From positions 1-50,874 of the forward strand of contig JAUSEG010000006.1 in the NCBI GenBank assembly GCA_030650415.1: DNA of 50,874 bases. The letters are read 5' to 3'. The notes under the pieces are model-generated. The model had not been told where the DNA came from, did not search any database, and worked only from the letters and a program-made list of their open reading frames with translations. The stretch is from a bacterium (GTDB lineage: Bacteria; Patescibacteriota; Patescibacteriia; Patescibacteriales; GWC2-42-12). The position numbers and the translations under genes were made by a program. Positions 46,935 through 50,874 of the stretch are shown here, one piece after another (position 1 is the first letter of the stretch; each line of letters opens with the position of its first letter).

Positions 46935-47702
46935 ATGATAAAAAAATATTTCATTCCAAGCGACAAAAATAAAATTTATTTAGAGTTGAATTATCCTAAG
47001 AATATTAAGTTGCCGGCCTCGGCGGTAGTTATAGCGCACGGCTTAAGATCGTATTATCCGGGTTTTTTAGATATATTCGCGAAAGCCATCAGGCAGGCCG
47101 GATATATTTCAGTCAAGTTTCATTATGTAGGCACAGGGAAAAGCAGTGGTAAATTTGAGCACAAGAGTACGACCACGATGTTAAAAAATTATAAAGATAT
47201 TCTGAATTTCTTAAAGAAGCATGCTGACATAAAGAATTTAGGCATAATGGCTCGCAGTAATTCAGCAAATTTGGCTACCTTGGCTGGACCTGATCCCAGA
47301 ATTAAAGCCTACGTTTTTTTAGCTCCACCCGCGTTTTATTCCCTAAATATGGGAAAATTCGTTACCGAATCAAAGATCAAGAGCAATTATTTTTATCATA
47401 AATCTTTTAAACGACCCCATACTAATGGCCCGGGACGGTTGCCGCTCGGCTACATGAGAAATTTAAAAAAATACGATCAGCCACTACTTAAAAATATTTC
47501 TAAGATGAAACCGGTGATATTTTTTCAAAGTACCGAGGACGAGGCAGTGCCGATAGCCGAAGGCCATTATGATTATTGGCTGAAACATCTGCCCAATCCG
47601 AAAAAGATGGTTTTAATCAAGGGCGGAAATCATAGTTATAAAGGACATAAGAAATATGTTATAGATACAGGCGTTAGATGGTTAAGGAAGTATTTAAAGT
47701 AA
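46935..47702 (+). CDS. Alpha/beta hydrolase
   Basis: AHG, GTGKSSG, ARSNS elbow variant, EDEAV, GGNH. Confidence 0.8.
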   Translation: MIKKYFIPSDKNKIYLELNYPKNIKLPASAVVIAHGLRSYYPGFLDIFAKAIRQAGYISVKFHYVGTGKSSGKFEHKSTTTMLKNYKDILNFLKKHADIKNLGIMARSNSANLATLAGPDPRIKAYVFLAPPAFYSLNMGKFVTESKIKSNYFYHKSFKRPHTNGPGRLPLGYMRNLKKYDQPLLKNISKMKPVIFFQSTEDEAVPIAEGHYDYWLKHLPNPKKMVLIKGGNHSYKGHKKYVIDTGVRWLRKYLK

Positions 47703-47715
47703 TTAAAATAATCAA

Positions 47716-49176
47716 ATGAAAAACAACGAACTCGAAAATTTAAAAAATAAAGATTTAACCTATTTCGGCTATCGAATAGAGCCGTATTTTGTATCCTATT
47801 TACTTATTTCCGGCATGCAAAATGAAGAAAAATCTTTAGAAATTTTTGGTTTTGGCGAGACGGTAAGGTGGCTGCAACTAAATAATTACTTATACCAATT
47901 TACTTCCGATCTTTTAAAAGTTGAGAAGGCGGTGAAAAGTAAATTAGGAAAAAACGCCAACCAATACGCAGATTATCTGATTGGAAAATGCCTTAGTTCC
48001 GGAGAAAAATTGCGTGAAGAATCAATCAGCTTTGGAAAAATGGCCGATCGTCCGATAAATAAGAAAGAAATGTCGGAAGCTCTTTCGGATTATGTTAAAG
48101 TGGTTTTAGATTACACGATTTTTTATCAAATAACCTTCTTTGAGGGAGCGGTAATGCAGATAGCCGAGAAAGTTATTGAAAACAATACTAAAACAAAAGA
48201 GGAAGCCGAAGAATTTTTTAGCCTAATATCTATTGCCGACAGTTTAACGGCAGCCGAACATGAGCAGGATGATTTTCTTCGCTTAGCCGCTCTGCCGAAA
48301 AATGAGCAGAAAAAAATGGCCGGGGAGCATGCTAAAAAATATGGCTGGCTGTCCGTAAGATATTTTATCGGCGATTCTTGGACAAAGGATGAAGTGTTAA
48401 AACGTTTAGAGACGGTTGATAAGCAACAGGCTAAAAAAGAGCTGGCTGGCAGGTTGGCTCATCGCCGGGAAGGAGAAAAAAAGATCGCTAGAGCCATTAA
48501 AGATTTTAGCCATGATGACAAGCAGACAATAAAACAGATTAGAAAAATTATTTATTTAAGAACCCAGAGGGGAGATTTTTTTCATGAATCAGCAGCTCTC
48601 ATAAGACCTCTTTTGAATTTGATTGCTAAAGAATTAGATGTTAATTATTTAGGTTTAATTAATTCATCAGCCCCGGAGATTGTGCTCGCGCTTGGCGGTA
48701 ATTTAGATTATAAAAAACATATTAGAAATCGTTTAGATAATTTTTTAATATACTACGACCGGTCCGATAAAACCGTGATTTTAGAAGGGGAAGAAGTTGA
48801 AAGTTATTTAACGACTCATCGGTTTCTACGGATGGAGACGGAAAATATTTCCGAGTTTTCAGGGAAAATAGGCTATAAAGGCAAACTAAGAGGAGTCGTA
48901 AAAGTGGTTAAAGCCAACGATGATATGATAAAGGTTCAAAGGGGAGATATTATTGTTACCCCTATGACTACTGCGAATTTACTGCCGGCCATGGAAAGGG
49001 CTTCGGCGTTTATAACCGATGAAGGCGGCATAACTTCCCACGCCGCAATTATTGCCAGGGAGATGAGAAAGCCTTGCATCATCGGCACGAAAATTGCTAC
49101 TAAAGTTTTGAAAGATGGAGATATGGTAGAAGTGGATGCGGATAGGGGATTCGTGAAGATATTAAAAAGAAAATAA
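47716..49176 (+). CDS. PEP-utiliser swivel phospho-His domain protein (paralogue 3)
   Basis: KKYGWL, GDIIVTPMT, ITDEGGITSHAAIIAREMRKPCIIG. Confidence 0.85.
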   Translation: MKNNELENLKNKDLTYFGYRIEPYFVSYLLISGMQNEEKSLEIFGFGETVRWLQLNNYLYQFTSDLLKVEKAVKSKLGKNANQYADYLIGKCLSSGEKLREESISFGKMADRPINKKEMSEALSDYVKVVLDYTIFYQITFFEGAVMQIAEKVIENNTKTKEEAEEFFSLISIADSLTAAEHEQDDFLRLAALPKNEQKKMAGEHAKKYGWLSVRYFIGDSWTKDEVLKRLETVDKQQAKKELAGRLAHRREGEKKIARAIKDFSHDDKQTIKQIRKIIYLRTQRGDFFHESAALIRPLLNLIAKELDVNYLGLINSSAPEIVLALGGNLDYKKHIRNRLDNFLIYYDRSDKTVILEGEEVESYLTTHRFLRMETENISEFSGKIGYKGKLRGVVKVVKANDDMIKVQRGDIIVTPMTTANLLPAMERASAFITDEGGITSHAAIIAREMRKPCIIGTKIATKVLKDGDMVEVDADRGFVKILKRK

Positions 49177-49310
49177 AATCTATAGTTTTTTTACTAAGGA
49201 AGTGGATTGCGGATCAAGTCCGCAATGACAATAATAAAAATGAAGTTTTAAGTATAAAAAGAGGGGTCTTAGCTTAATTGCTTCGACCCCTTGAAGTTTG
49301 TTTGCGGAAA

Positions 49311-49850
49311 TTAGACGGTTCCGGCTTCCGCGACACCTGTCGCTTTGACTTCCTGGATTTCCAGGTTGTCGAGCGTGAGCGTGCCGGTGATGCCTTGGCA
49401 GTAGATATTGATGCGGTAAACCGCGGCTGACTTGGCGTCTTTCACGCCGAGCGAGATCATCGCGGGGCGGCCGGCGCAGATGACGGCGTTGTCGGGGGCG
49501 GTTTTGAGAACCGCCAGCATCGCGGCAGTGCGATCATCCCCGACAGGGAAGTTTTCCAATGGCACGGTCATACCGTCAGCCAGTATGACCATGTCTTTGC
49601 CCTGGATTTTTTCGAGGGATTCCGGTCCGCCGACTGATGGCGTCCAAATCGTTGGCAAATAGTTAAAACCCAGAGCCTTACGCACATTCTCATGGCGCTT
49701 GCCGGCGCCGCAGATGATGAGTGGAAGAATGGCCGGAAGTAACGGTCGGAGCAAACTGATCTGATCGTACCCTTCTACGGTCATGCCAGGATTAGTTCCT
49801 TTGTGCTTGTCACCGTGGCAAACTACATACACTGTGGTTTTCATGCTCAT
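49311..49850 (-). CDS. Hypothetical protein, histidine-phosphatase-like N-terminus
   Basis: VYVVCHGDK...MT.EG.DQ resembles LVRHG...LT..G..Q; more GC-rich than its neighbours. Confidence 0.55.
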   Translation of the reverse strand: MSMKTTVYVVCHGDKHKGTNPGMTVEGYDQISLLRPLLPAILPLIICGAGKRHENVRKALGFNYLPTIWTPSVGGPESLEKIQGKDMVILADGMTVPLENFPVGDDRTAAMLAVLKTAPDNAVICAGRPAMISLGVKDAKSAAVYRINIYCQGITGTLTLDNLEIQEVKATGVAEAGTV

Positions 49851-50124
49851 GATTTGTCCTTCGTTTGGTTTTTTGGTTTGTTTGTTGACTTAACTAAATG
49901 CTGAATTAAAGGTTATAAGTTTACAGCCCTTAATTCAGCATTTAGCGCCTAACTTTAAAGAACAAACTGACTTATTATGATAGCATAAATTTTATTAAAT
50001 GTCAATAGTTAGCGGTAATGGGAAATGTTTTTGTCTATGATTTTAGCTAATTTTAAGATAAATAAACTGCCCTTGCTTCACTTTATAATTATAGATGCTA
50101 TAATTCAGTTAAGAGAACAAAGCT

Positions 50125-50664
50125 ATGAATAAATATAAAAATAATTTTGCCTATATTGACGGGAATAACCTTTATCAAGGCGTGAAAAATTCAGGTTGGA
50201 AAATAGATTTCCGCCGTTTTAGGCAGTGGTTGTCGGATAAATACGGCATCAAACGCGCTTATTATTTTATTGGTTTAATTCCCAAAGAAAAAGATTTATA
50301 CGCGTCACTCGCTAAAGCGGGGTTTACTTTAATTTTTAAAGAAGTAACTTATGATAGGGCTGGTAAGCCGAAGGGTAACTGCGACACCGATTTGGTTCTA
50401 CAATCAGCGATTGATTTTTTTAAAAAAAATTGTGAAGGGCAGGTTCTAGTAACAAGCGACGGAGATTACGCGTGTTTGGCGAAATTTTTGAAAGACGGAA
50501 ATAAATTAATGGCGATTTTGTCGCCTTATCAAAAAGATAAGTGCTCTATTTTTTTAAAAAGAATTAATATTTCAATAATCTATTTAAGAGATATAAAAAG
50601 AAAAATCAACTTAAATAAAAAAGCCCCCAGTAAGGACGGAACCTTAAAGGGGTCTTTTTCGTGA
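50125..50664 (+). CDS. NYN (LabA/DUF88) nuclease
   Basis: AYIDGNNL, KGNCDTDLV, VTSDGDY. Confidence 0.9.
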   Translation: MNKYKNNFAYIDGNNLYQGVKNSGWKIDFRRFRQWLSDKYGIKRAYYFIGLIPKEKDLYASLAKAGFTLIFKEVTYDRAGKPKGNCDTDLVLQSAIDFFKKNCEGQVLVTSDGDYACLAKFLKDGNKLMAILSPYQKDKCSIFLKRINISIIYLRDIKRKINLNKKAPSKDGTLKGSFS

Positions 50665-50705
50665 GAATTCTATATTAATCTTAGCAGGTTTTTAATAAAA
50701 GTCAA
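50617..50705 (-). ncRNA. Putative short antisense RNA over the NYN 3' end
   Basis: Minus-strand TTGACT-16-TAAGAT with extended TG (50705-50678), then hairpin AAAGACCCC..TAAGG..CCTTA..GGGGCTTT plus T-tract. Confidence 0.45.
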
Positions 50706-50874
50706 GAAAAATGACAAAAATAGCTAGTAGTAGATAATAAATTCACCCTGCGCTCCCTGGCGCAGGGAACCTCTTAAGAGGGTGCAGGGGGATATCCCCC
50801 TGCGCGCGTAAGCGCAGATTTGGAATGTGGTACAATCAGGTTATGACTAGAACAGACATAACGCATGACCAATG

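Noticed and set aside
43017..49176. Calling these genes ppsA or ppdK
   Set aside because: They lack the ATP-grasp and C-terminal pyruvate-binding barrel domains.

Overview
AT-rich bacterial window, genetic code 11, with few Shine-Dalgarno motifs, short-form pheT/metG and many palindromic repeats. These features fit a Patescibacteria/CPR (Parcubacteria-type) genome; the taxonomy is inference. About 1-17 kb is accessory DNA. It holds a minus-strand large serine recombinase running off the left edge, a satellite-like module (hairpin array, TerS-like HTH, iterons, HTH Rep), a HaeIII-like R-M system with Vsr, and a SAM-I riboswitch over unknown genes. It also holds a 1.5 kb region with two micro-ORFs each clamped by long inverted repeats, and a 5 kb inverted-repeat-bounded block of mostly broken defence genes. 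About 17-51 kb is mostly backbone: alpha-2-macroglobulin, MEMO1, pheST, SGNH/acyltransferase/murJ, two C39 peptidases, pyrC, typA, mscL, rsmI, metG, cvpA, RhuM-Fic, three PEP-utiliser His-domain proteins with two hydrolases, and NYN. The top candidate for new biology is a 1831-aa alpha-2-macroglobulin that lacks the CxEQ thioester. It carries a 129-aa Hint domain (Cys1...His-Asn, Ala at +1, flanked by a duplicated AEKGG) at the bait-region position. No tRNA, rRNA or CRISPR array was seen. All calls come from reading motifs by eye; no searches were run.
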